Source: Eledone cirrhosa
Lineage: Eukaryota
Direction of reading: 5' to 3'
Length of the DNA stretch: 64,000 bases
Assembly (NCBI GenBank): GCA_964016885.1
Contig: OZ024743.1
Location: 259,408,001 to 259,472,000, forward strand
A model generated the notes under the pieces. The model made no database searches. It saw only the letters and a program-made list of their open reading frames with translations, and was not told the DNA's origin. Shown piece by piece: positions 51,355 to 64,000 of this stretch; the stretch's first letter is position 1, and each line of letters starts with the position of its first letter. A program made the position numbers and the translations under genes.

Positions 51355-52230
51355 CTTTCGTCGTCGTCTTTGTCGTCGTCGTTGCAGTCCTCATACTCCC
51401 CCTCCCCCTCCTCTTCCTCATCATCATCATTGGCACCATCATCATCATCATCATCATCATTATCATCATCATCATTACCAACAGTAGCAGCAGCAGCAGT
51501 AGTGGTATCAATGACATTATCCTTATCGTCATCGTCGTCGTCATAAATGTTGTTAATATTAGTTTTTATCCGATTCCCATTTCGAAAAAGAAACGAAAAA
51601 AGAAATAAAAAACGCTTTTAGCGTAACTGTTTAAGCGTAGCCTATTTTAACTGTATATCTGGTGTCACAGGTTTGAATGGGAAGGTGCTTAGAACGTGCT
51701 TCACCAGCTAATATAGAGATCGATAAATAACTATACCAACCACCACCACCACCACCATCACCACGACCTCCATCAGCATCACCAGCACAACATTCACCAT
51801 CCCCATCATCACCATTAGGACCAACATCATAACCACCAACAACATCACCTTCACCAGCACTATCACAACCACTATCGCCATCACCACGATCTCCATCAGC
51901 ATCACCGCCACCACCTTCACCATCGCCATCATCACCATTAAGACCAGCATCATAACCACCAACAACACTAATAACAACATCACCTTCACCAGTGCCATTA
52001 GCATCATCGCCGCCATCACCACCACCAATTTCAGAGCCATAACCACCACCATCACCAGCACGATCAGCAACATAACCACCACCACCAACAACAACAACAA
52101 CTACAAAATACACCACCACCACCATCACCACCATCACTACCCCTACCAATAACCAATCCATCATCTGAAACATTAACATCACCATCAACAGCACCACCAG
52201 CCAAACCACCACAACCGACAACACTAACTA
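51355..52230. repeat. Compound trinucleotide repeats (CAT/CAC/CAA/CGT) with an internal ~130-bp duplication
   Basis: catcaccattaggaccaacatcataaccaccaacaaca (~51806) recurs at ~51929. Confidence 0.8.
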
Positions 52231-54974
52231 TCGATCCTTTACATGCGACGGTAAGCGCGCGCTCACACACATGTGCATCATAAACAAATACACACTCTCA
52301 CACACACTCACATACACACACTCGCTGACTCACACACACATATAAACACAGTGTTGGTACTCGTGGCTCTGTTGTCTCTGCTTTTCTGTAAATATCTGAT
52401 GAGCGGCGGAATGTCTGAAACTTGGCTGCCAATTTAGACGCGACAAATACTGGAAATTGATCCAGCACTTCTGTTCCTGTCATATTACGAAATGCGCTAC
52501 CCTCTAGTCGTGTCAATGCAACCTTCAGGTTTAGCATTGAAGAAATATTCTTGTGCCATTCTTTCAGCTAGCACGTCGGTTACAATACAATTCCTAATCG
52601 TCTCTTCTAGATTAGCTGATACTCCACTCCCTCGCCTTTGCTCTCCTCTTTTCTATAGATATTTATTAAACGTTATTGATTCTAGTCTAATCGCTCTCCT
52701 GAGAACGCACCCAAACCTGATGTTGATGATTGCCCCTTTCAACTGTCGATTAGCCAATATTCTAACCCGGTTTCTATAGACCTTATGCGCCGGGAACAAG
52801 GGTTAAGCATCCAGTTACTGGGATTTTGTCTTGTCTATGTGTTCCATCTAATTGGAAGATCACAAATTTATTGTCTGAATAGGCGTCCGTTTGTAGTTGT
52901 GGACATCCAATATAGGGTACTATGTATTATAGGATACTATATGATATAGAGTACTATATGTTATAGTGTACTGTGTAATATACGGTAACTTATTGGAAGA
53001 ATAGTGAAGCAAGTTAAGTATTATAATAGAAGCAAATAAAAATGAAAAAGGAGAAAAGGAACCTACACAAATCGGGTTAATTTGCATGGGATACTAATTT
53101 TGATATAGGGACAGCAATTTGATAGGTCGGGAGGGGAAATTCAATTAAATCGACTTCATTATTTGACTGGAACTTTATTTTATCAACTCCAGGAAAACTG
53201 TCAGCAAAGTTAACCTCAGAGGAATCTGATCAAATAATGGTTTCTAATTTAGACGCAAAGTTAGCAATTTAAAAATAGAGGACAGTTGACTAAATAGATC
53301 CCAAGTATTTTATCAACCTATGAAGAATGAAAGACAAAGGCATTTTATCCACTGTTCTAATTACTCTACCTACCGAACGCCGCTCGCAGTTTATTTCGTA
53401 TTACAGTTTGCGTTATAACCTTTACTGAACACACGCAGGCTAAAAGCAACAACGACAAATGTATCCATTAAACAACAAAAATTATTAAGCAAATAAAGGA
53501 TATGAATTTATAAAAAAGTAATTTGATTAGTAAAGATGTGAAGAAAAGAGAAACAGTAAACGGTAGATGTAAGTATGATCCTATAAATGCTGAAGGGGTA
53601 GTAGGGGCATTGAATTGACATACGGCTTTTTTAGGGCATTTAAAAACCTGTTGCACCCATCTCTCTCCAGGTCTGAATACAACAGATTTCTTCCATAGAA
53701 GAACAGAGAGTAAGAGAAAAGAAATGACAAAAAATTATAGAGGACAAATTGACCCCAGTACCAGACTGGTACTTTTTTTATTGACCTTTAATCGTGGAAA
53801 TGCAAATTTGACCTCGGTTTCTATCCGGCATTCTAGCAACTCTGCCAATTCGCCGCCTTCATAAATTACATATTATACATTGAGATAATTGGGCAAAAAT
53901 AATATGAAGTGAATAAAGGTAAAGAAATGCCTCGAATTAAGATAATAAACAAACTATTGGAAGATAATGGCAAAAAATGAAATTAAACAAAATTGAAGGA
54001 ATCCAAAATAAATATTAAGTTGGAGAAAGATATGTGAAGAAGAAAACAATATCTGCTTTGAGAAACAACAGACAGAAAGTCGAGTCAACGAGAACGTTTA
54101 TACTTCATCGCTCTAACTGCTAAATTTTTTAATATCATTTCCTACTGTTTTGATTAAGGAAAATACATTTCGTAACGTAAGTATATATTATTAAGTTACA
54201 CAAGAGGATGAGATGATATCTGAATGGCTTATATAAATTATAATATAATCGGTTATAGGTTCGATCTTAAATGAAGTTATTGTGAAGAAGCACAAACCAA
54301 AAATGATACTTTGAGAGAAGTTGCAAATTTGCCAAAACTGAAGAATGTTTTACATCTGACGAGCACATGTCAGTGAACCGAGGGGTCGGCAAATTATTTC
54401 TGCTGGTTACTACTTCAGCCCTTTCAATTATGTAGGGACATTTAGATCTTCAAATAAAGATTGTACTTTACTGAATTTATTTTCCAATATATATGATATT
54501 TTAGGAATGAATAGATTAGAACTTCAGATAAAATGCATCGCGGTATTCATTCCAGTCCTCTGTGTTCTGTGTTCAAATCCCACCGCGGATACGTTTTATT
54601 TTCATCCTTCCGAGATCGACATATAAAGTAGCAATCCAATATTGGGATTGATTCTTTCTTTATATCCCGTTATCACATCCTCTCTATTACACTGTCTCTG
54701 TCACTCTTTCTTTGGAAAAAATCGAGTGTGTTGAGTCACAGATAGGCAATGGGCTCCACCAGATTTTAAATGCCCTCGACACTCCGTAAGTCACGATGGC
54801 GCCTTAATGCTCCTATGATGAGTAACGTGTTCATACATGCATTACTAATAATATTGAGGAATATAGACACTTCACAGATAAAGTTGTCTTAATTCATAAT
54901 AATATACTTATTTTGTACTTATTTAAAACATGTGCATAAAAATACATATTGTTCGATATTACTATGAGCGCTCC

Positions 54975-56040
54975 GTGTTACTGCCACACATCTCTGCTCA
55001 CTGACCACGATACTTGTATCCGAGTGGCATCTGAAGAGATGTGCAAGGTCAGGTTTGACGACTTTGGATGGTAACAGGCCACCTTACTTGTTAGAAACTG
55101 TCGCTTTGGTTTTCGGTCCCCGGTCTTATTGGCTTTGACGGCGTTTCTTTCGTCGGTAACCTCTTGACGTGTCCTCATCAACAAGGTTCTCCACAATACA
55201 ACAGAACCCACTGTGATCGAGGAATGCCAGTAGACCTTTCTCCTCCTCTTCACCTTGTACACATCAAATCCCCGCAGAGCATACGGGATGCCATCCAATG
55301 CGGCATGGCTTCGAACTGGCTAGCGCGCCAACTCGATCAGCACCACCGTGTTTTCGCTCGGCCTCGCAACACCACAGTCGTGCCTGATTCAATGACCTAC
55401 CTTCCTTTTCGACTGGCACATAGCTGGATAATGATAGCCTGTGAATTGGTGTTTCCCTGAGGCTCGGACTCTGGAGTTGCGAGTAACAACAAATATCGCT
55501 GCGGATCCACCGTAGAATCTTTCGGCCTCCACCAAATCTCCTATCGCTTTAGTGCCGGCCACCTTCCACACCATGCTGCTTTAAACGAGGTCATAAAGTA
55601 TGGCTTGGATGCTGCAGGCTTCTTCTCTCAGCTCGAGCCGGCGGGGATGGACGGAGGGGACGGCAAAAGGCCAGACAGCATGACCATCTTACCGTTCCGC
55701 GGTGGTAAATCCCTCATTTGGGATGCCACATACAGCGACACATTCTCCAGCAGCAACCTGGTGCAGTCTGCGACTAAGCCAGCCTTTGCTGCACTTCGAG
55801 CCGAGGAGGGTAAACGCCCAAAATATCGGTCGCTCTTCGACAGGTTTGGGGTCGACTAGTGGAGACTTCCCTACTCACCACCATCGGCACAAAGTTGGCT
55901 ACATACAGGTGTGAGCCCGGTGAGCTGCAATGGCTCTTCCAGCACGTCTCTTCATCATCCTCTGAGGAAACACCTTTTCTACTCTGTCCACCAGGGCGAT
56001 CAGGGCGGTCAGTGCGTGGGCTTCCATTTGCTTATAATAG
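54975..56040 (+). pseudogene. 3' fragment of a CRE-like non-LTR retrotransposon (Zn knuckle + restriction-like endonuclease)
   Basis: HHAALNEVIK..L..AG....LEP.G...DGKRPDSMTILPF.GGKSLIWDAT..DT...AEEGKRPKYRSL. GC-rich island, frameshifted. Confidence 0.8.
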
Positions 56041-58842
56041 TGAGAGCTGGGGAGAGCAAGAGAGACAGAGACAGTGACAGTGGGAGTTTGGTTCTATTGA
56101 GTTCGGACCTGGTATATATGTTTATATTTATTTACCACACCACATTTTTATAGTGTTTCTATTTTGTTTTTTTCTATTTTCAATTAAAAACTAACTATTA
56201 TTTTAGAAAATCAATATTGAAAGGTTTATGGTAATGAAGTTGGAAATTGAGAGTCAACTTTGTCTTCAATCTGGTTTTCAAACATCAGGTAGCAACGCTG
56301 TTCAATAGTACCTGTAAGGTGATAGTGTTAACTCGTCATGTATTAACCTGTCATATTCATTTCGCAAACTTTTCTGTCATTTTAAAAAAAAATGTTTAGA
56401 AGGAAGAATTTTAACAAGTATTTATCTCTTCGTTATAGAGGGGGAAATTGACGTTTCACAAATAAGATACACTAATTGTTATGCTAAGTAAGGTGTTTAG
56501 GTGAAGTGAAATATATTATCAGAGAAATGTATTTAACAGAAATACTTAAAGCAAATACTTGGTGACTGGTCATTATGATTGGATTAAGGTGGCTAGAAAT
56601 TAGTCGATATGCGCTTCGTCAATTTGACGGAAAAAAAAAAGAAATGGAATAAAATCCTCAGCAGTATGTCTTGCCAGAGGGTGTCACTGAAAACTGACGT
56701 GGATAGCTAAAGAGTTATGTCAACGCAGTAACATTTTAGCACATGGCTATCATAATGTGAGGCATAGAGAACTTACTATTTTGCAAATCACTTCTTTGAC
56801 TAAAAGGATTAGTAATATGTTTGATTATATGTTCTGGTATTTGCTTGAATTAATTGCAAAACAGAGGATGGAAGGCATGTGTAACAGTGGATTTAGCTGT
56901 GCAATGAAGAATATAAGTTGGGATGATTAGGCTGAGAAAATCTGAGAGACACAAACATTATAAATGATACATTAGGTGTTGCTGCAGGTGTGAGATTTGA
57001 TTCTACTGAAAATTATATCATAGGAGCACAGTCTAGTTCTTTTAAACCAGATGGGGGCCATCCCTCTCCAAATCTGAAAGTAACTGATTTCTTCCAGAGA
57101 AAGAAAGAAAGAGAGAGAGAGAAGAAAGAAATAGTGCGTTAAAGTGAAATTAAGAAAGAAATCTAGGGGAAGAAACAACCCCAGTGCTAGTCAGGTACTT
57201 TATTTATCGACCTCGAATTTATGAAAGCAGAGTTGAATAAGGTGGGTTGAACTCAGAACACAAAGAGTCGGAAAGAATAACGTAAAACATTCTGTCCCCT
57301 GTTCTAACTACATCACCAATTAACTTCCATGAATTTGTCAGTATAACTGAACGGTTACGAAGTTCACTTCGCAATCAGTAGGTGTCGGGTTCTCGGCTCT
57401 AACTCTTTGTCTTGTAAGTGAAAGAAGATAGATGAAAATAAAAGTGAAAGAAAATTTATAGTACACACTTATGCAGGTTTAGGTACCCTAGTACAAGTTT
57501 ATAGTCGCAGGAGGTTTCTCAGATATTTGAATGATAGGGCCCAAACTCCTATCATGAAAAACAACGTGAAATGTTGTCTTGTCAAGAACACCACACGCAA
57601 CTCTGTCCAGGAATTAAACACACACCCTTACTATCGGGAGTTCAACACCTTAACCTCTTGGCTATGTGAATACACTTAGTGTGAAAATGGCTGTTTTAAT
57701 GTTTATAATGTTTCTGGACAAATTTGATTCTGCATTGCTTAAGTTTATGTAAATATTGGGGACTGTTTTATACTTCCTTAGAAAAGGTCAATATTACAAA
57801 TTGATAAATTCTTCTCATTATGGATGTTTAGATAATTGATTGTATCTTTTGCACTAATGCGATGGATAAATGTATATTTATTCATATATGATTGAAGCTG
57901 AAAAACCTATCTACGTCTAAGATATTTTCGTACCACATCATACATTAATTTCTATCCACCATTTACTTTCAACCCAGCATTAGATCTATAAAATTGCTCC
58001 ATGCTATGAAAATGTCAGTAACTATAAAATTATATATGTAAACTTGAGTTGTTTTATGTGAGTGTGATCGTGCATGTGTAACTGTTTGTGTTTGTGTATG
58101 TGTGTGGTTGTATATGTGTGTGTTTTTGTGTTTAGGTGTGTGGGTGTATACGCTTATCTCTGTGTATTTATGTCTGTGTTTTGCTGTTAATGTATATAAC
58201 ACTACTTGTCTCTTTATGTGAGTCCAATCGTGAACGTCACTAAAATTTGTTGAATGTTATTTATATATTCAGAATGAACTCTACACAAACACTCTTACTC
58301 ACGCACACATACATATGCACACACACTCACGCATATACACACATATACACATACACGCACAGAAAGATACTAAGAGGGATCTTCTACCTGGTTGCTTGAT
58401 CTGATTAAGCCAGAACTCTTTCGACTCTCGATCCAATCCTCAAAATATGGCAGACTTGGAGATAGAAAAAAATACTGGTTGGAACGCGTTCGACCATTGG
58501 CCAGTTCAGTCACGTTTAACCTGGTTCTAATCAAAAGACAAAAAATAATTCTTACGAGAATATAGGGGCGGATTAAGCTTGCATGGAGATCCCTTACTGA
58601 AAATTCCATCGAGACCCTTGTGTATTATTTATTGTAGTCAAAATTTGATTCAGGGGCCTTTTTTACGTATTGTGTTAGCTCTAAGTACAGCCCATGAATA
58701 GGAGGTTACAGTGCAGGTGCTTGACCAACTAGAAATGACAGCCAAAGTCTCTGAAAAAAATCACACATTGGACAATGTTGTTTTACGTTTTAAAAAATAA
58801 ATGAAAAAGAAAGTACGTTTATGTCGAAAAAAAAACAGGAAT

Positions 58843-58971
58843 TATATGTGTGCTCGGTCATGGCAGAATCAACTTCTATTATATGTGTACTCGGTCATGC
58901 TTGAAACTACTTATATGTGTGCTCGGTCGGGGTTAAAGCAAACTGTAACATATGTGTGCTCGGTCATGGCC
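58843..58971. repeat. Four-copy minisatellite, conserved ~20-bp core tatatgtgtgctcggtcatg with variable ~14-16-bp linkers
   Basis: Cores at ~58843, 58880, 58912 and 58950. Confidence 0.75.
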
Positions 58972-59441
58972 GAACATAGTCTAAACAACAACCAACAAGA
59001 ACAACAACAATCAGCAACAACAACCTAAAAAAACCAATAACACCAATAACATCATGATCATCAAACACAGCTGAAACAACGTCAACAATAATAACATAGT
59101 CTGGTATATATTTACTTTCGCAGTTTCATTCGAATTGCATTAATAACTTGTTGATATCTTAATCATGTTTACAGTAATGGCATACGATAATTGCATTGTT
59201 GAGGATGGCAATCATGATGATGATAATGATAATTATGATGAGGATCATGATGATTATGACGACGACGACGATGATGATGATGATGAGGATGATGTGGTGG
59301 TGGTTGCGATGATGTTGTTGCTGACCATTATAATTATTGCAATGATAACGACGATATCTTAACTATAATTAAAGAAGGTCTGCGGGATTGCGTCCAGAAT
59401 ACATGTTTTTACCCCGTTTGTAAAGTAAGTTGGATTACTTT

Positions 59442-59805
59442 AATAAATAATTGTTTCTACTTTTGGCACAAGGCCAACAATTATTCCAGTGTATTACTGG
59501 TACTTTGTTTTATCGACCCCGTAAGGATGAAAGGCAAAGTTAACCTCGGCGGGATTTGAACTCAGTCTGTAAAGGGACGTAACTGTGCTGCAAAGCGTGG
59601 CGTCCGACCCTCTACCGATACAGGCCAATCCACTGCCCTTTTATAAATAATTGTTTCTACTTTAGGCACAAGGCCAGCAATTACCCAGTGCATTACTGGT
59701 ACTTTATTTTATCGACCCCGTAAGGATGAAAGGCAAAGTCAACCTCGGCGAGATTTGAACTCAGATCGTAAAGGGACGTAACTATGCTGGAAAGCATGGC
59801 GTCCA
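59442..59805 (-). mobile_element. Two head-to-tail young SINE copies
   Basis: Near-identical ~200-bp units, same family as 34603-35017 and 62385-62575. Confidence 0.85.
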
Positions 59806-60559
59806 ATGTATGAATATTACATAATTTATATGCTAAATTTCGTGGCTGTTGATTAAATATATCTTATAGCTTAATCTTTAAAATTCACTTCTTTAAAATT
59901 ATCAAATGTCAACACTTCCGGTTAGCGGCCGTTATATTATAACACTTATAATCGCATATATTTCCGTCGCTAATTTATATATAATGTCGTATTTTTTTTA
60001 AATATATCATGGATTACTGATTACAGAAGACAGTGTAACATAGGCTTTGTTCAATTTCTGTCTATATTGTCAATTACGATTTTATTTGATGTATCATATC
60101 TACATGCATATATATTTGTGTATAATATCAACATACACACTACACATGCTAGCAGAAAACCACTCGTAGGGTGGTTTTTCTGCTAGTTGACCTTAATAGT
60201 GTGTGATGAGTCTGATATATATGAAATATAATAGATTTCATCTGGGACAATCAATGGTTCTAATAACAACGGTTTTCACTGGTCAGATATATGTCACTTT
60301 TAGCAAGTGAGACACAGTTTATTGACAAATACAAAGAAAAAAATAAAAGGGGATAAAGGAGGGGAAATCTTTGCACCCTTTGATGGACAAGATGATGAAA
60401 GCATTACCGTAGAAAATAGCTAGTGTCATCTGATATATTAGTCATTCGATCTCGTGCTGTGTGGAAGAAAATGATCTATATTACAACAACCTGACAGTGG
60501 CTTTACGCTGGCATTTCTAAAGCTCATTTACGTGGCAGCCAAGACGCAGAACTATTCCG

Positions 60560-60640
60560 ATGTAAGTGTATCACCACCTAGATTTGAACCCGGGATCTAA
60601 TGATTGCTAAGCGTACTTCCTAATCGTTTAGCGATGTTAC
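60560..60640 (-). mobile_element. Decayed tRNA-like SINE head
   Basis: Minus-strand B box gggttcaaatct; no intact cloverleaf. Confidence 0.4.
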
Positions 60641-62064
60641 TTCAACGACTTGCATTAATATTTGCAATATATCTGTTATATTTGTTATATATGTTTATCT
60701 TACACTCAGTAAGACTCAAGGCAGCTAATTGGTAGAGTCGTTAGAACGCCAGGCTGACTGTTATGCGGTATTTGTTCCGACTTGTGCTCTGAGTTCATAG
60801 CAAATAGGACAATATCGTTATTTTGTGGACTGCTAAATATGGTATTTCGAACGTTATTGATAGTAAAACATATTTTTGTGGCAGATATCTTAAAAGCAAA
60901 CGTCTCAAAATAAATATCGGTAATACTTTAAGATTAACATTTAATAGACAACAAGTATATGTTTCTAATATTTGAATTAATATCAATTTACCATCGTGTG
61001 TTATTTATTATATCTCTAAGATAATCTTTAAATGATATATCAAACAGCGCAGTGGACGCTGCATGTTTGAAAGGTTAAGGTGTCCGTTTCCCTATCATTA
61101 AGTTTCAGGCTCGATCTCACTGTGTCATCTTGGGGGCAATTACCAATTACCACAGTCTAGGGTCGAACAATCCCTTATGTGTGAAATTAAGTAGACAGAA
61201 ACTGTTTGGAAGCCCGTCGGTTGGCCTGTACCTGTAGTTCAAAGAGCCAGCTATGTTACATACTTTGTCATGAACAATCTCCCTGTGAATGACTTTGAGT
61301 GTACACTTGTCTTTGGAATTCTCAGGCAGTTAGACTTTAATTTAATGAACAGACTCTTCTGTTGGTCTAACACTTGCAATACTCATTGGCGAAACCGAGG
61401 AAAGTCCATTTCATTCCAAATCTACACTAAACATTCAAATTCTATTTCATCATATAAATCTGATTTATACTTTTACGAAAAAAAAAAACAACTTAAAGAG
61501 AATTGCAGATGATGCTTCTGGAAGCAGATGAAATTCGCTTAAAGTTATTTTCATTAATAAATGTTATACGATAGAAATATATACACGATGTGTTTGTATT
61601 TTCAACACACATCTAAAGAACATCCTTCCTATGCGCAGAATGACGTAGCTACAGCCTGCACCTGGATATCTAGCGCGCTATAGGCTAGTTCTACAATTTA
61701 CCCACTCTTCTCCAATTTTTGCACCCCATTCTTCCTAATGAGATAATTTCAACTTAGAGTTGGGTAAATTAAGCAACTTTGTTTTTGATATTTCTTTCTT
61801 TGATCACATACAAAAGACATGAATACTACGACTGCATTTTCCACTACACAGTCTACACTCACCCAGGCTAAATATTGTACATGCCAAAAGACCTTACAAC
61901 GCTCACCACCGATTTGTATATTTACACAAAGTTGTTTGGGGGCAAAGATTTAACGATTTATTTAACCACTTAACGATTTATTTATTGAACACTGGAAATT
62001 ATTATATACTAATAAATGACTACACAATGTTGTCTCTGAAAGAGACAAAGCGACAGTATATTTG

Positions 62065-62330
62065 AATACATATAAAAATGAGAAAACTCATCACTAGAAC
62101 AGCAGTTAACACAGTTAAATGCTGTCAAAGAGAGCGATGGGCAAAAAATCCTCACAGGACAGAGACCAGTGGCTAGTGGTCAACAGATAGTCGATCCATA
62201 AAGTGGGTGACAGGCACATCTGCCTATTACCCACCTTGTGGATTGTCTCTCTGCCCATCGCTGTCTTTGACTGCATTTAGCTGTTTTAACGGCTGTTCTA
62301 GCGATGAGTTTTCTCATTTTTATATGTATT
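62065..62330. repeat. Fold-back/MITE-like element with ~80-bp imperfect inverted arms
   Basis: 62065-62143 vs 62252-62330. Confidence 0.8.
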
Positions 62331-62384
62331 ATACACTGACTTTAATCATTCAAATCTATATACACTGTGATCATGTAGGGTTCA

Positions 62385-62575
62385 ATAATTGTTTCTACTT
62401 TAGGCACAAGGCCAGCAATTACCCAGTGCATTACTGGTACTTTATTTTATCGACCCCGTAAGGATGAAAGGCAAAGTCAACCTCGGCGGGATTTGAACTC
62501 AGATCATAAAGGGACGTAACTATGCTGGAAAGCATGGCGTCCGACCCTCTACCGATACTGTCAATCCACCGCCAT
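62385..62575 (-). mobile_element. Young SINE copy
   Basis: Near-identical to 59645-59805. Flanking direct repeat catgtagggttcaataat (62371-62388 / 62573-62590) is a likely TSD. Confidence 0.85.
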
Positions 62576-62941
62576 GTAGGGTTCAATAATGCGCCATGCT
62601 GAGGTGTGCAAACTTGGAGGCTACCTAGTTCACCTAAATATATTACTACACATATAAATAATAACACACGTAAAAATAACTTCCCAGTTGTGAAAGTTAT
62701 CCTTCAATCAGTTATTCAGTGTGTAACTACTAACAACTAAAATACAGATGAATGCATATAGCAGTCAGTGTAACGTTAGAGAACGACAGACGACAGACGA
62801 CACAAGATCGTGTGTTATCATTATACACGCCATTACAGCCGCTATTACAGATACGCGATATGTCTTGATAAATGACACCCAATACATTTCAGTCATCACC
62901 ATCGCCATCATCATCATCATATATTCGTCATTATTATTATT

Positions 62942-63060
62942 CTCAGTTCAAATCCCGCCGAGGTTAATTTTGCCTTTGATCCTTACGGGGTCGATAAAAT
63001 AAAGTACCAGTAATACACTGGGTAATTGCTGGCCTTGTGCCTAACGTAGAAACAATTATT
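62942..63060 (+). mobile_element. 5'-truncated SINE copy, opposite orientation to 62385-62575
   Basis: cagttcaaatcccgccgaggttaattttgcctttgatccttacggggtcgataaaataaagtaccag...agaaacaattatt. Confidence 0.85.
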
Positions 63061-63076
63061 ATTATTATTATTCATC

Positions 63077-63385
63077 TGCCTGGTGGCCATGACGAAAGAG
63101 ATTGTGTGGTGGACAAGGTTGAAAGGGTTGAAAACGAACACTTTCCTCTCCGGCCAATCTCTGATTAACTTTTTTAAGTTTCACTGTGGGTGGAAAGGCA
63201 AATGCTGTCTTCTAGTAAGTTTGTTGAAAGGTGGGTGAAAGTGGCGAATCTGGTCCGAGTGAACTCTGAGTATGCGCTTGTAGACTGAGGAGTGGGAAAA
63301 AAACTGAGAGAGGGCGCTTGCCCGGGTGGTCAGGGTGGCCGTGGTCTTTTGTGTGGTTTTTGCTCGCTCTCAGTGAGTCGCTTTA
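63077..63385 (+). pseudogene. Possible Tx1/L1-like LINE 3' end
   Basis: CLVAMTKEIVWWTR...INFFKF...ERQ......FVERW resembles the C-terminus of Tx1-type ORF2. Confidence 0.45.
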
Positions 63386-64000
63386 TTTACCTGTTATAAT
63401 TATGTATTGCTTAATTTTTCTTGTTGTGTAAGGGATATAAGCCCTTGAAATTTGCCCTGTGAAGGGGCAAGTATAATATTTGGGCCTTTTGACCCAAATA
63501 TTTACGCAATATTTGAACATTTTACTTTCGAAAATTAAAAAAACAAAAAAAAACATGGCTGAGCTACGCCCCTCCCCCCCCCCCCCAGCAATATGTCTGC
63601 TGTCGTGTGACAACGGCGTAAAAGTTGAGAGGAGGGTTAGTGAAATTCATACAACAAAAACCACCACAAACAACGTGAACAAAGACAACAACACTGAGAA
63701 CACTAATTTAAAAAAAATTACAACACTAACAGCGTCAACCAAAATACAGACAACAGAAAAAAATGACAACAAATGCAACTACGTATTAACACCACTAACA
63801 AGAACATAAACAATGACAACACCAACAGCAACAATACAGATTGCACCGAAAACAACAACAACGGTGGCACCAAATAAACAACCAACTACAACAGTGATAA
63901 CAGCAACAACACCAACATCACCGTTTGTAGCAGTAGCAACAGCAACAGCACCAACAAGTCCAGTAGCAGCAGTAGCGGCAGCAATAATAGTGCCGCTGAA

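Noticed and set aside
51631-52224. 197-aa Gly/Asp/Val-rich ORF
   Set aside because: Derived from compound trinucleotide repeats open in several frames; no domain evidence.
52396-52430. CTGATGA...GAAA hammerhead-like spacing
   Set aside because: No convincing stem II or III, no NUH triplet and no closing stem I.
58843-58971. CRISPR array
   Set aside because: Eukaryotic context, no cas genes, spacers too short and repeats degenerate.

Overview
This window is eukaryotic animal DNA: AT-rich and saturated with (TA)n, (CA)n and (ATGT)n microsatellites. The SINE and LINE content suggests an octopod cephalopod, which is an inference. I found no convincing host protein-coding exon, and almost all ORFs in the track are microsatellite artefacts. 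The dominant feature is a very young, intact Penelope-like retroelement (PLE; RT plus C-terminal GIY-YIG, Naiad-like) at 2737-12987. It consists of an inverted ~2 kb pseudo-LTR followed by ~1.9 head-to-tail 4.31 kb units, inserted in a (TA)n tract. Its ~2 kb non-coding part is mostly compound microsatellite bracketed by two hammerhead ribozyme (HHR) motifs, one intact (GUA site) and one with a non-cleavable GUG site. At least four more, mostly non-coding, HHR-bearing insertions (13.3-13.8, 15.9-17.0, 36.2-36.4 and 48.5-49.5 kb) share the same inverted-tail architecture between (TA)n tracts; one is a 605-bp retrozyme-like tandem unit. The rest is decayed LINEs (R4-like, CRE-like, RTE, Tx1-like), tRNA-derived SINEs, mariner-type MITEs, a Helitron 3' end and several fold-back structures.
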